A stretch of 64,000 bases of DNA from an uncultured Bacteroides sp. (GTDB lineage Bacteria > Bacteroidota > Bacteroidia > Bacteroidales > SM23-62): positions 17,561 through 81,560 of the forward strand of contig CAYSJH010000008.1 in assembly GCA_964431315.1 (NCBI GenBank), in the 5' to 3' direction. The notes beneath the pieces were generated by a model. It made no database searches and was not told the DNA's origin. It was given only the letters and a program-made list of their open reading frames with translations. Shown one piece after another: positions 48,588 to 57,759 of this stretch (position 1 is its first letter; each line of letters starts with the position of its first letter). Position numbers and translations under genes: made by a program.

Positions 48588-49322
48588 AAGGAATATTATC
48601 AGCATGAACTTGGGCTATCGGACGACTGGCCGGCCTACCTTCTTGAACATTCCAACCTCCCGGGTCCCCGTGCCAACCTCGAACTCATGCAGGCCTTCGT
48701 GGAGATGGGATCGGAGCGTGATTTCATTCCCCTGCTGGATCATACCCCGGAGACCGCACCCAAGGACAGTCCCCTGGAATTCCTGGCATTCTGTGGTTCA
48801 GTGGGACTTGGTGAGCTGGTGGCCAACGGCATGAATGAGTACCTGCCCGACCTGCGCAGGCAGGCTTCCGATCCCCGATGGAGGATACGCGAAGCGGTGA
48901 CCATGGGACTGCAGATCATAGGTAAGCATGATTTTCCCCTGCTGGAAACCATCTGCAGGGAGTGGGCAGGCAGCAACCTGCTTGAAATGAGGGCTGTGGC
49001 AGCCGGGATCTGTGAGCCTTCCCTCCTGGCCGATCCGCACCATGCGGAATTCGCCATTGAACTGCTGGAAGGGATCACCCAGCATTTTTCCGTGGTGGAG
49101 GACCGGAAAACAGATGACTTCAGGATCCTGTGCAGCGGTTTGTCCTACTGCTGGAGCGTAGCAATTGCCGCGCTTCCCGAAAAGGGCAAGCCTGTCTTTG
49201 AACGACTGGCCCGGTCAAGGGACCGGGATATCCTCCGGGTGGTAAAGGAAAACCTGAAGAAGAAACGCCTGCTCAGTATGGATCCGGAATGGGTCAGAAT
49301 GATGCAGTCAGCTTTTCGCTGA
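48579..49322 (+). CDS. Hypothetical protein, HEAT/armadillo-like repeats (AlkD-like fold suspected)
   Basis: 247 aa and all-helical in appearance. DPRWRIREAVTMGLQII and LLEMRAVAAGICEP resemble HEAT-repeat consensus. The AMMECR1 motif (LxGCIG) is absent. Its 3' end overlaps the convergent SDR gene by 29 nt. Confidence 0.72.
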   Translation: MTKKEYYQHELGLSDDWPAYLLEHSNLPGPRANLELMQAFVEMGSERDFIPLLDHTPETAPKDSPLEFLAFCGSVGLGELVANGMNEYLPDLRRQASDPRWRIREAVTMGLQIIGKHDFPLLETICREWAGSNLLEMRAVAAGICEPSLLADPHHAEFAIELLEGITQHFSVVEDRKTDDFRILCSGLSYCWSVAIAALPEKGKPVFERLARSRDRDILRVVKENLKKKRLLSMDPEWVRMMQSAFR

Positions 49323-50130
49323 CTTCCCAGAGTCGCTTCCAGATTTCCCGGTCATAGGATTCCCGGTTTGACCTGATCTCTTTCCGGTAAGCAAAGTACT
49401 TGCCCGAGACCCCTTCGACTTCTGGTGATGAAGCCAGGTAAACGATGGTGTCCGCTCCCTTTGCCGGTGATTTCAGAAAGGGTTTGCCCAGTTTCATCAG
49501 GAACCTGAAGAACGGCTTTGATTCATTGCCGAAATTGGTATTAACGGCCCCCGGGTGCGCGGCATTGACCGTGATGCCCGTGCCTTCCCACCTGCGGTCC
49601 AGTTCATAGGTAAACAGGATGTTGGCGAGCTTGGCCTGTGCATAGGCCCGGAAACCTGTAAAACTTTCTTCGAGCATAAGATCGTCAAAATGGATTTGTC
49701 CCGTCCGCTGGGCTTCCGAGCTTACATTAATGATCCGTGCCCTGCTGGAAACCAGCAGGTCTTTCAACAGGTTCGTGAGAAGGAAATGTCCCAGGTGATT
49801 GACCCCGAAAGTGTATTCGTAGCCTTCCGCAGTTGTTTTCCTGTACCCGAAATATCCGCCGGCGTTGTTGATAAGCACATCCAGGCGGCTGAATTCTTTG
49901 CGGAAACCATCTGCAGCCTTCCTGACGGAGGCCAGGGAGGCCAGGTCGAGATCAAGCATATGCACGTCCCCGTTCCCGGTTGCCTGCATAATCTCTGCCA
50001 GGGTTTTTTCTCCCCTGGTTTTATCCCGGTAAGTAAAGACAAGCGTAGCACCCTGACTTGCCAGTTCCAGGGCAGCAGCCCTGCCAATCCCTGAAGTACC
50101 GCCCGTAACGAGAACAACTTTCCCTTTCAT
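49294..50130 (-). CDS. Short-chain dehydrogenase/reductase (retinol-dehydrogenase-like SDR)
   Basis: TGGTSGIGRAAA cofactor motif, NNAG and catalytic YAQAK. The ORF track begins at 50157; ATG 50130 (MKGKVVLVTGG) gives the canonical SDR N-terminus. Confidence 0.9.
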   Translation of the reverse strand: MKGKVVLVTGGTSGIGRAAALELASQGATLVFTYRDKTRGEKTLAEIMQATGNGDVHMLDLDLASLASVRKAADGFRKEFSRLDVLINNAGGYFGYRKTTAEGYEYTFGVNHLGHFLLTNLLKDLLVSSRARIINVSSEAQRTGQIHFDDLMLEESFTGFRAYAQAKLANILFTYELDRRWEGTGITVNAAHPGAVNTNFGNESKPFFRFLMKLGKPFLKSPAKGADTIVYLASSPEVEGVSGKYFAYRKEIRSNRESYDREIWKRLWEVSEKLTASF

Positions 50131-50327
50131 GATCTGAATGGTTAATCTACAGCGCACAAAATTACCCGATCCGGTGAATATTTATTTCCACGGAACCGGA
50201 TTTTAAAAATTATTTAACACGGTCCGGTCCCCAGAAATAGATTAATTAAAACAAAATTCGTAAACTTGAAGCTTTTTTAAGATAAATGCATTTTAATACC
50301 TGAATAATATCTAAATTCTTAATAACA

Positions 50328-50483
50328 ATGGCAGTTAACGTAGCAATGTGGCGCAAGGCCATCCGCATCATCCCGAGGCTCACCAAGGAAGAGTGGGATG
50401 TCCTGGACGTCATATCCAGATGGCTTATTTCAACCCGCGCGGCCGTGTTCATCATGACCGAACTTGCTGCCGGGATCTATTAA
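50328..50483 (+). pseudogene. 51-codon ORF resembling the N-terminus of a polytopic membrane protein; possible gene remnant
   Basis: It is below the ORF-track cutoff. The translation is MAVNVAMWRKAIRIIPRLTKEEWDVLDVISRWLISTRAAVFIMTELAAGIY*. It ends inside what looks like a first TM helix. A stem (ACCTGT/ACAGGT) and a T7 run follow at ~50510-50552. I have an unverified recollection that UbiA/MenA-type prenyltransferases begin this way. Confidence 0.3.
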
Positions 50484-50600
50484 GGACAAATCAACCGGCT
50501 CATATATTTTAACCTGTGCCGTGCCGGTTAAGACAGGTGGGACAGGTTTTTTTATGCACGTTTTAGGGATTTTCTTATCTTTAAAAAAACCTCAATCGCT

Positions 50601-51761
50601 ATGCCAGCAAGAAAGATCAACATGGGAATGGTGGGCGGTGGACCGGGTTCCTTCATCGGCCGCATTCATGTCAATTCCGCCCTGCTTGACGGGCAGATCA
50701 ACTTTGTCTGCGGGGCGTTCAGCTCGGATCCTGCAAAATCAAAGATCACCGGGAAAGAGTACTACCTTGATCCCTCACGCGCCTACGGTTCTTACCAGGA
50801 AATGATCGAAAAGGAAAAAGAACTCCCGGAAGGGGAGCGGATGGACTTCCTGTGCATTGCCACCCCGAACCACGTGCATTACGGGCCGGCCAGACTTGCG
50901 CTGGAAAACGGTTTTCACGTGGTCAGCGATAAGCCGCTGACGTACAGCACAGAGGAGGCAAAGGACCTTGTCCGGCTTGTTGAAAAAACCGGGCTTGTAT
51001 TTGCGGTAACCCATGCCTACACCGGTTACCCGATGGTCAAGGAGGCAAGAGAGATGATCCGGGCGGGAAAGCTCGGGAAGATACGCAAGGTGGTCTCGGA
51101 ATACCCCCAGGGCTGGCTCTCAACCCTGCTGGAAGCCACCGGCCAGACCCAGGCGGCATGGAGGGGGGATCCCGCCCGGTCGGGGAAGGCCAACAGTATG
51201 GGCGACATCGGAACCCATGCGCTTAACCTGGCGGAATATGTAACGGGACTGAAAGTGACCGAGGTCTGTGCAGACATCAGCACCCTGGTTGAGGGAAGGA
51301 AACTGGATGATGACGGTAATGTACTGGTGCACTTCGACAACGGGGCGCGCGGCATCATCTATGCCAGCCAGATCTCTGCCGGAGAGGAGAACGGGCTGAA
51401 GATCAGGGTGTACGGGGAGAAAGGGGGATTGGAATGGATCCAGGTGGAGCCCAACACCCTGATCGTGAAGTGGCTCGACAGGCCCATCGAACTTATCCGT
51501 CCCGGGAACCCCTGGTGCTCGGAACTGGCCAAATACAATACCAGGTTCCCCGCGGGGCACCCGGAGGGACTGATCGAGGCCTTCGGGAATATCTACCGCA
51601 ACGTGGCCACCTGCATCCAGTGCCGGCTTGAAGGGAAGGAACCGCCGGCCGAAGCCCTGGATTTCCCGACGGTGTACGACGGGCTCAGGGGCATGCAGTT
51701 CATTGATTCCGTCCTGGCCTCAGCCACCGGCGGCCAGAAGTGGATCCGGTTTCAGGAATAA
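50601..51761 (+). CDS. Gfo/Idh/MocA family NAD(P)-dependent oxidoreductase
   Basis: 386 aa. N-terminal Rossmann motif (INMGMVGGGPGSFIG), ATPNHVH and the C-terminal alpha/beta domain typical of the family. Confidence 0.92.
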   Translation: MPARKINMGMVGGGPGSFIGRIHVNSALLDGQINFVCGAFSSDPAKSKITGKEYYLDPSRAYGSYQEMIEKEKELPEGERMDFLCIATPNHVHYGPARLALENGFHVVSDKPLTYSTEEAKDLVRLVEKTGLVFAVTHAYTGYPMVKEAREMIRAGKLGKIRKVVSEYPQGWLSTLLEATGQTQAAWRGDPARSGKANSMGDIGTHALNLAEYVTGLKVTEVCADISTLVEGRKLDDDGNVLVHFDNGARGIIYASQISAGEENGLKIRVYGEKGGLEWIQVEPNTLIVKWLDRPIELIRPGNPWCSELAKYNTRFPAGHPEGLIEAFGNIYRNVATCIQCRLEGKEPPAEALDFPTVYDGLRGMQFIDSVLASATGGQKWIRFQE

Positions 51762-51821
51762 GATCCGTAGCATTTCAATTCCGGACCAGAACAAATACCT
51801 GTATAACTAAATCACCAGATC

Positions 51822-52817
51822 ATGGCAAGACCCGTAACTTTATTCACCGGACAATGGGCGGACCTTCCGCTTGAAACCCTCTGCGAAAAAGCCCGTTCCT
51901 TCGGCTACGACGGAATTGAGCTGGCCTGCTGGGGCAATCATTTTGAAGTGGACAAAGCCGACCAGGCCTATTGCGATGCCCGGAGAAAATTGCTGGAAAA
52001 GCACAGCCTGGAGCTCCACGCCATTTCCACCCACCTGGTCAGCCAGGCGGTCTGCGATCCGATCGACGAGCGCCATAAATCCATCCTTCCCGCTTATATA
52101 TGGGGAGACGGCGATCCCGAAGGTGTCCGCCTGAGGGCAGCAAAGGAAGTCGTTGAAACAGCAAAAGCCGCCAAACGCCTCGGCGTTTCCGTGGTAAACG
52201 GGTTCACCGGCAGTTCCATCTGGCATTTGCTGTATGCCTTCCCGCCCGTACCGGACGAAATGATAACCCGCGGATTCGAGGATTTTGCCCGCAGGTGGAC
52301 CCCGATCCTGGATGAATTCAAAAAACTGGGCATCCGCTTCGGACTGGAAGTGCACCCCACGGAGATCGCCTTCGATATTGCAACGGCTGAACGTGCGCTG
52401 GAGGCAGTGAACCGCCACCCTGCCTTCGGGTTTAATTACGACCCCAGCCACCTGGGTTACCAGGGAGTGGATTACGTGGAATTCATCTATCGCTTCAGCG
52501 AACGCATCTTCCACGTACATATCAAGGATGCAAAATGGTCCCTTCAGTCCCGTGAGGCAGGAGTTTTCGGGGGACACCTGCCCTTCGGTGACCGCAGGCG
52601 GTACTGGGATTTTGCCAGTCCCGGAAGGGGAGATACGGATTTCGAAGAGATCATCCGGGCCCTGAACCGCATCAATTACAGCGGTCCCCTTTCAGTGGAA
52701 TGGGAAGATCCAGGGATGGACCGCGAGCACGGGGCCAGGGAGGCCTGCGAATTTGTCAGGGGCCTTGATTTCGCCCCCTCGGCCCAGGCCTTTGACGATG
52801 CTTTCCGGAAAGATTAA
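51822..52817 (+). CDS. Sugar phosphate isomerase/epimerase (xylose-isomerase-like TIM barrel)
   Basis: 331 aa. [26 protein letters not shown] and HVHIKD blocks characteristic of the AP-endonuclease-2/xylose-isomerase-like TIM barrel family. Confidence 0.9.
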   Translation: MARPVTLFTGQWADLPLETLCEKARSFGYDGIELACWGNHFEVDKADQAYCDARRKLLEKHSLELHAISTHLVSQAVCDPIDERHKSILPAYIWGDGDPEGVRLRAAKEVVETAKAAKRLGVSVVNGFTGSSIWHLLYAFPPVPDEMITRGFEDFARRWTPILDEFKKLGIRFGLEVHPTEIAFDIATAERALEAVNRHPAFGFNYDPSHLGYQGVDYVEFIYRFSERIFHVHIKDAKWSLQSREAGVFGGHLPFGDRRRYWDFASPGRGDTDFEEIIRALNRINYSGPLSVEWEDPGMDREHGAREACEFVRGLDFAPSAQAFDDAFRKD

Positions 52818-52819
52818 CC

Positions 52820-53530
52820 ATGAAAACGTACGGATACATTTTACCTTCCTTGCTGTTTTGCCTTTTTTCATGCAAACCGGCGCCCGAGAACCATAATACC
52901 CTGTCAGAAATGGAAAAGGAGGAAGGCTGGAGCCTGCTCTTTGACGGTGTAAGTATGGATCAGTGGAGGACTTACCTTTCAGACAGCCTTTACGGATGGG
53001 TCGTGGAAGACGGTGCCATGAAGGCGCTCGGCCAGGGGGGTGACATCGGGGGCGATGTCATTACCCGGAAGCAGTATGAAAACTTCGATCTGAAACTGGA
53101 GTGGAAGATCAGCGACGGAGGGAACAGCGGGATCCTTTTTATGGTACACGAGGATACTGCATACCGTGCCGTTTATGAAACGGGACCAGAGTACCAGCTT
53201 CTTGATGATGCCGGCTATCCGGATCCGCTGGAGGACTGGCAGCTCTGCGCGGCCAATTATGCCATGCATGTGGCAGTGAACAAGCAGTTAAAGCCTGCCG
53301 GCGAGTGGAATACCGCAAGGATAATCAAGGACGGGAGCCATGTGGAACACTGGCTGAATGGACGGAAAGTGGTGGAATACGAACTGTGGACCGAAGACTG
53401 GGAAGCCAGGGTGGCCGCAGGCAAGTGGAAGGACTACCCGGGATACGGCAGGTTCCCGAAGGGACATATCTCTCTGCAGGACCATGGCGACGAGGTCTGG
53501 TTCCGCAACATCAGGATCCGGGAATTATAA
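52820..53530 (+). CDS. DUF1080 (3-keto-disaccharide hydrolase family) protein, secreted/lipoprotein
   Basis: 236 aa with a signal ending LFSC. Typical DUF1080 blocks: GWSLLFDG..W, FDLKLEWKIS.GGNSGI, EYQLLDD and GHISLQDHGDEVWFRNIRIREL. Confidence 0.88.
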   Translation: MKTYGYILPSLLFCLFSCKPAPENHNTLSEMEKEEGWSLLFDGVSMDQWRTYLSDSLYGWVVEDGAMKALGQGGDIGGDVITRKQYENFDLKLEWKISDGGNSGILFMVHEDTAYRAVYETGPEYQLLDDAGYPDPLEDWQLCAANYAMHVAVNKQLKPAGEWNTARIIKDGSHVEHWLNGRKVVEYELWTEDWEARVAAGKWKDYPGYGRFPKGHISLQDHGDEVWFRNIRIREL

Positions 53531-53551
53531 GCCTCCCGGCGGATCAGGAGA

Positions 53552-53839
53552 TTACCCCGGTTTCAGGTATCCTGAGATTGCCTTTACATATTCCACAAAC
53601 CGCTGCCTGCCCAGTTCGGTTATCCTGCAGGTTGTCTGGGGATAGTTCCCCTTGAATTTCTTATTGACCTCGATGTACCCGGTCTCCTTCAGTTTTGTGA
53701 TCTGGACGCTCAGGTTGCCTGAGGTTGCCCCGGTCTCGTTCTTAAGATAGGCGAAATCAGCCTTTTCAACGGTCACCAGGATGGAGATCACGGCAAGCCT
53801 GAGCTGGGAATGCAATATGGGATCCAGGTCCTTATACAT
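53552..53839 (-). CDS. Small winged-helix transcriptional regulator
   Basis: 95 aa. LHSQLRLAVISIL...ADFAYLKNETGATSGNLSVQITKLKETGYIEV reads as a wHTH of the ArsR/MarR-like small-regulator type. It overlaps the upstream membrane-protein gene by 8 nt. Confidence 0.8.
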   Translation of the reverse strand: MYKDLDPILHSQLRLAVISILVTVEKADFAYLKNETGATSGNLSVQITKLKETGYIEVNKKFKGNYPQTTCRITELGRQRFVEYVKAISGYLKPG

Positions 53840-54461
53840 GGTCCCCGTTCTTTGAGTACCTAAGGATATAGCCGGGGACCAGGTAACCCAGGATCATGGC
53901 CCCCGAGAAAACCAGCAGTTGGTCGGTTCCTTTCAGATAGATAGCGACAACGGCTGCGATAAGGAAAATCGCCGAACCCGCCACGAGTGGCCGGAAACGG
54001 ATCATCAGTCCCGATACGGCGGTTGCCATGGCGGTGACCCCGAGAATGAAGGGCGTGGGGTAGGAATCAACTCTCAGGGAAAGGAATGCCATCAGGGCCA
54101 TCAGCAAACCGGCCGCTATCCATATGATCTTTATATAGCGGTCCAGGTGGGTGATCACCCGTTCTCCTTTTGAAGAACGTGCAATGACCGCAAACTGTAT
54201 GATCATCGCCGCAACCACAAACACTCCCCAGGCCAGCAGGCTCATGGGCATTATGGAATCGTAGTGTTCCAACCGAATGTAGTGACTGATCAGGAAATAG
54301 TTTGCCAGTCCCGCCAGCATCAGCGCCCAGCCCCAGAGCAGGTAATAGAAACTTCCCTCGCGCAGGTTTTTGCGTGAATGAAAGATTGATTTCTGTATGA
54401 TCTGAAGACTTTCTTCAGGGGTTAAGTTTTTTTCCATGATGATCAGATTTTTTATAAACAT
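53832..54461 (-). CDS. Hypothetical integral membrane protein (about 5-6 TM helices)
   Basis: 209 aa and hydrophobic throughout. It is translationally coupled to the wHTH gene. The alternative start ATG 54437 (MEKNLTPEES) is equally plausible. Confidence 0.72.
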   Translation of the reverse strand: MFIKNLIIMEKNLTPEESLQIIQKSIFHSRKNLREGSFYYLLWGWALMLAGLANYFLISHYIRLEHYDSIMPMSLLAWGVFVVAAMIIQFAVIARSSKGERVITHLDRYIKIIWIAAGLLMALMAFLSLRVDSYPTPFILGVTAMATAVSGLMIRFRPLVAGSAIFLIAAVVAIYLKGTDQLLVFSGAMILGYLVPGYILRYSKNGDHV

Positions 54462-54544
54462 GGTACAAATTTAAATTAGTTTATTTTATAAACCAAATAA
54501 ATCTGCATGTTTTTTTATTCATTTCGGGGATTGGCATTCATTGA

Positions 54545-55384
54545 CTATAATTTTTCCAGGTAGGAAATGGTAAAATAATCCTCTTTCACATCGGGATTGT
54601 ACTGTATTTTATCCATGGTCATCACGGAACGCCTTCCGGTTTCCTCGTTGACCATTTCCATATACATGGCCATATATTTTCCACCTTTAGGATCAATTAA
54701 TTTGATATTGTTTGCCGTCAGGTGTTTGAAAAGTTCACCTTCCTGGTTGTAATAATCCGCCTTCCGTACCACATAATCCATTTTGCCGATCCATATTACC
54801 CGGCGTTGGTACCCCATTTCGTCCATAATCTCCCCGCTGACCGGTACGGCTTCAACCACCCAGCATTCCGTGCCGTCAAGGGTTTCTGTCCCGAGTACGG
54901 TATAGTTGAAATCATCCGGATTGGGCGCGGTCATGTCTGAATTACTGAATTCACTGCCCATGAAACTCTTGCTTTTTTCCGTGCTGACGATCCTGCGGGT
55001 TTTTCGAAGGGCGGGCATATAGATCCACATATCGTCATTCTTGTCCCTGTAATCATAGATCAACATACCGGTGCCTTTCACTTCGGCGGGCGACAGAAAG
55101 CGTATGATCCTTTTTTCCGTTGCGCCGTTGTCAAATTCCCTTGAGGCCATTGAGGTCTGTCTTATCCGCTCGCGTCCTTTTGCATCATAGATGCAAAGTG
55201 TGGAAACAGCTTCAAGTCCCCTTACCTGGGCAACCTCTCTTGCCTTTTCCATGATCAATTTCCCGTCGGATGACGGCGGGGAAATCGGATTGGCCAGTGC
55301 TTTACCGGGATGGGCAGAGGGTATAAAACAGGGTAATGCCACAAGTATGGCCAGGCTTAACATCATTTTCTTTAAATTATTCAT
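54545..55384 (-). CDS. Outer-membrane lipoprotein-sorting (LolA-like) protein
   Basis: 279 aa with a signal peptide. LolA_like family blocks: FLSPAEVKGTGMLIY, WIYMPALRKTRRI, SFMGSEFSNSDM and LDGTECWVVEAVP. Confidence 0.8.
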   Translation of the reverse strand: MNNLKKMMLSLAILVALPCFIPSAHPGKALANPISPPSSDGKLIMEKAREVAQVRGLEAVSTLCIYDAKGRERIRQTSMASREFDNGATEKRIIRFLSPAEVKGTGMLIYDYRDKNDDMWIYMPALRKTRRIVSTEKSKSFMGSEFSNSDMTAPNPDDFNYTVLGTETLDGTECWVVEAVPVSGEIMDEMGYQRRVIWIGKMDYVVRKADYYNQEGELFKHLTANNIKLIDPKGGKYMAMYMEMVNEETGRRSVMTMDKIQYNPDVKEDYFTISYLEKL

Positions 55385-55406
55385 ATCCTTAAATTTTAAT
55401 AAATGA

Positions 55407-57743
55407 TCAATTTGTTGGAATGGTTTTTCTTCCTTTCAGCCAGCCGGGGGACAGCAGCCGCCAGCCGGTTTTCAATTTCCCGGTGAATTCCGGTTCCAGG
55501 AAAGCCGGCCTGAAGATCAGCACCAGCGCCGGGACGATCACCAGTGCACCTGCCAGGCAGATGAAAATGGTGCCAATGACCAGGAACCCGAAATATTTCA
55601 GCGGGGAGAACATCGAGAAAGGCAGGGCACAGAAACCGAATATAACGGAAAAGGCATTGAAAACGATGCCTCTTCCGGTGGTGGTCAGGGTTTTCATGAC
55701 CGCCCCGGCGGGATCGAGTCCCCCGCCCCTCTCCGACCTGTACCGCCATAAAAAATGAATCGTATAATCCACCCCCACACCGATCATGATGGACGAAAGC
55801 AGTGCGGTGGCAATGTCCAGCCGGATCCCGATGTAACCCATCCAGCCAAACAGCATGATGATGGCCAGCAGCAGGGGGACGGACCCGATCAGTCCTGCTG
55901 TCAGGGACCTGAAATTTATGGCAATCAGTAAAAGTATGACGATCAGTGCAGTAAACAGGGAGGTGACCTGTCCCCTTACTACAAGATCCGCCAGGTCAGC
56001 CGCTATCAGGCCGTATCCGCCAACCCGGGTGGCATCCTTATCGTTCCCGGTCAGGGAACGGATGTCGGCGAGCACACCTTTCAGGGCGACATTGCTTCCG
56101 TCGTTGATCCGGACGATCATCTGGGCCCTGCTGAAATCAAAATCAACCAGTCGTTCGAGGTCCTCCGGGTCCCCGCTCATTAGATACAGCTCCATGTACT
56201 GGGCAATTGCGTTGCGGGTGCCGGGGATCCTGTTGTACAGGGAATCCGTTTCATCATTCAGGGCCTTGGAGATTTCCCGGATCACTCCGGCAATGGACAT
56301 GACATTCCCCACCGCGGGATTCTTTTTCAGTTCCTGCTCGTAGCGGTCGATCTTCTTCATGACCGCCGGATCGAGGATATCCCCTTCGACCAGTATGGAA
56401 ATGTTCTGGGATCCCCCGAAGGTTTTATCGATGATGTGAGAGCTCACCCTTACCGGGTGTTTTTCCGGGAAGAAATTTTCCAGGTTAGTATCGACGTGCA
56501 GCAGGAATATGCCTCCGGCCGAAACAATCCCCAGGAGCGCCGTGGCTGTGACGATCCTTGCAGGATGTGCAGCGACCATTTTCCCGGTATATCTCAGGAT
56601 CCGGTCGATCGGGTGCTGTTTTGAAGGATCCTTTGACAGCACGGGTTTTGACTTTCCGAGGACGGAAAGCGCCGCGGGAATGAACACCAGGCTGAGCAGC
56701 AGGGCATAGGCTATCCCCGCTGCCGTTACCAGTCCCAGCTGCCTGGCCGGCAGCATCTTATGGGAAAGAAGGCAGAGGAACCCGGCAACCGTGGTAATAC
56801 CGGCCAGTATAACGGGACTCCTGAGGCTCATGTATACGCTTTTGGCCATAGATGCCATGCTGGAATTATTGTCGGGTGTATTGTACTCCTGGTATTTGGC
56901 CATCATGTGGATGCCGTAATCGTTGGCGATGGCGATCAGCATAATGGGCAGGAGAAGGGTAATGATCGACATCTGCCAGCCGATCAGGGGCATCAGTCCC
57001 ATTGCAAACAGGATGCTCATGATCACCACGATAAAGGGAAGCAGCACTCCCCGGATCTCCCTGAAAAAAACGTACAGCATGACCAGCATAATGGACAGGC
57101 CGATGATCATCAGGGTTTTAAATTCCCTGGCCATCTCCTTGGCCACGTAAGCCTTGATGTATGGGAGTCCCCCTACATAGGTCTTTTCCGGACCCGGGTT
57201 CTCCACCAGCAGGTTTTCGATCGCCTTCACGACGTTTTCATCTACGACGCCCGGTTCAAGGGTCGCGATGATGCAGGTCATGGTAAAATCCTCCGAGACA
57301 AGGATTTTGTAAGCAAGTCCGTTCCCCCGGATCTCTTTCCTGAGGGTCTCCCTTTGATCATCGGTATCCGGGATCCTTACGATCGTTGGATCCACGATCA
57401 TAGCCCCCTCTTCGCTTTTGATATTTTTTGCATTAAAAAGCGAGTGGGTTTCATTGATGCCCGGAACATTTTTCAGCTGCCGGTCGATTCTTTTGACCCG
57501 TTCCAGGGTCTTCTTTGCCAGGACATCTTTCGATTCGAAAAGGATCATCACCATTTCATCCCCCCCGAAGATCTCCTCGATCATTGCGGTATTTATGCGG
57601 GAGGGCATTTTCTCATAGATATAGGTTTCCAGGTCGGGATTGATCTTTGCCCGGAAGATCTGGAGTGCGAAAAATCCCGAAACGATTATGGAGGCTGCGA
57701 TTATCCACCAGCGGTATCTCACCAGAAAACTGCCTGTTCTCAT
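55407..57743 (-). CDS. MMPL/RND-superfamily transporter
   Basis: 778 aa with two 6-TM bundles, each preceded by a large periplasmic loop. This is MMPL-type topology and sequence (GVDYTIHFLWRY, ANDYGIHMMAKY). Confidence 0.9.
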   Translation of the reverse strand: MRTGSFLVRYRWWIIAASIIVSGFFALQIFRAKINPDLETYIYEKMPSRINTAMIEEIFGGDEMVMILFESKDVLAKKTLERVKRIDRQLKNVPGINETHSLFNAKNIKSEEGAMIVDPTIVRIPDTDDQRETLRKEIRGNGLAYKILVSEDFTMTCIIATLEPGVVDENVVKAIENLLVENPGPEKTYVGGLPYIKAYVAKEMAREFKTLMIIGLSIMLVMLYVFFREIRGVLLPFIVVIMSILFAMGLMPLIGWQMSIITLLLPIMLIAIANDYGIHMMAKYQEYNTPDNNSSMASMAKSVYMSLRSPVILAGITTVAGFLCLLSHKMLPARQLGLVTAAGIAYALLLSLVFIPAALSVLGKSKPVLSKDPSKQHPIDRILRYTGKMVAAHPARIVTATALLGIVSAGGIFLLHVDTNLENFFPEKHPVRVSSHIIDKTFGGSQNISILVEGDILDPAVMKKIDRYEQELKKNPAVGNVMSIAGVIREISKALNDETDSLYNRIPGTRNAIAQYMELYLMSGDPEDLERLVDFDFSRAQMIVRINDGSNVALKGVLADIRSLTGNDKDATRVGGYGLIAADLADLVVRGQVTSLFTALIVILLLIAINFRSLTAGLIGSVPLLLAIIMLFGWMGYIGIRLDIATALLSSIMIGVGVDYTIHFLWRYRSERGGGLDPAGAVMKTLTTTGRGIVFNAFSVIFGFCALPFSMFSPLKYFGFLVIGTIFICLAGALVIVPALVLIFRPAFLEPEFTGKLKTGWRLLSPGWLKGRKTIPTN

Positions 57744-57759
57744 AATATCAAGTTGGTTG

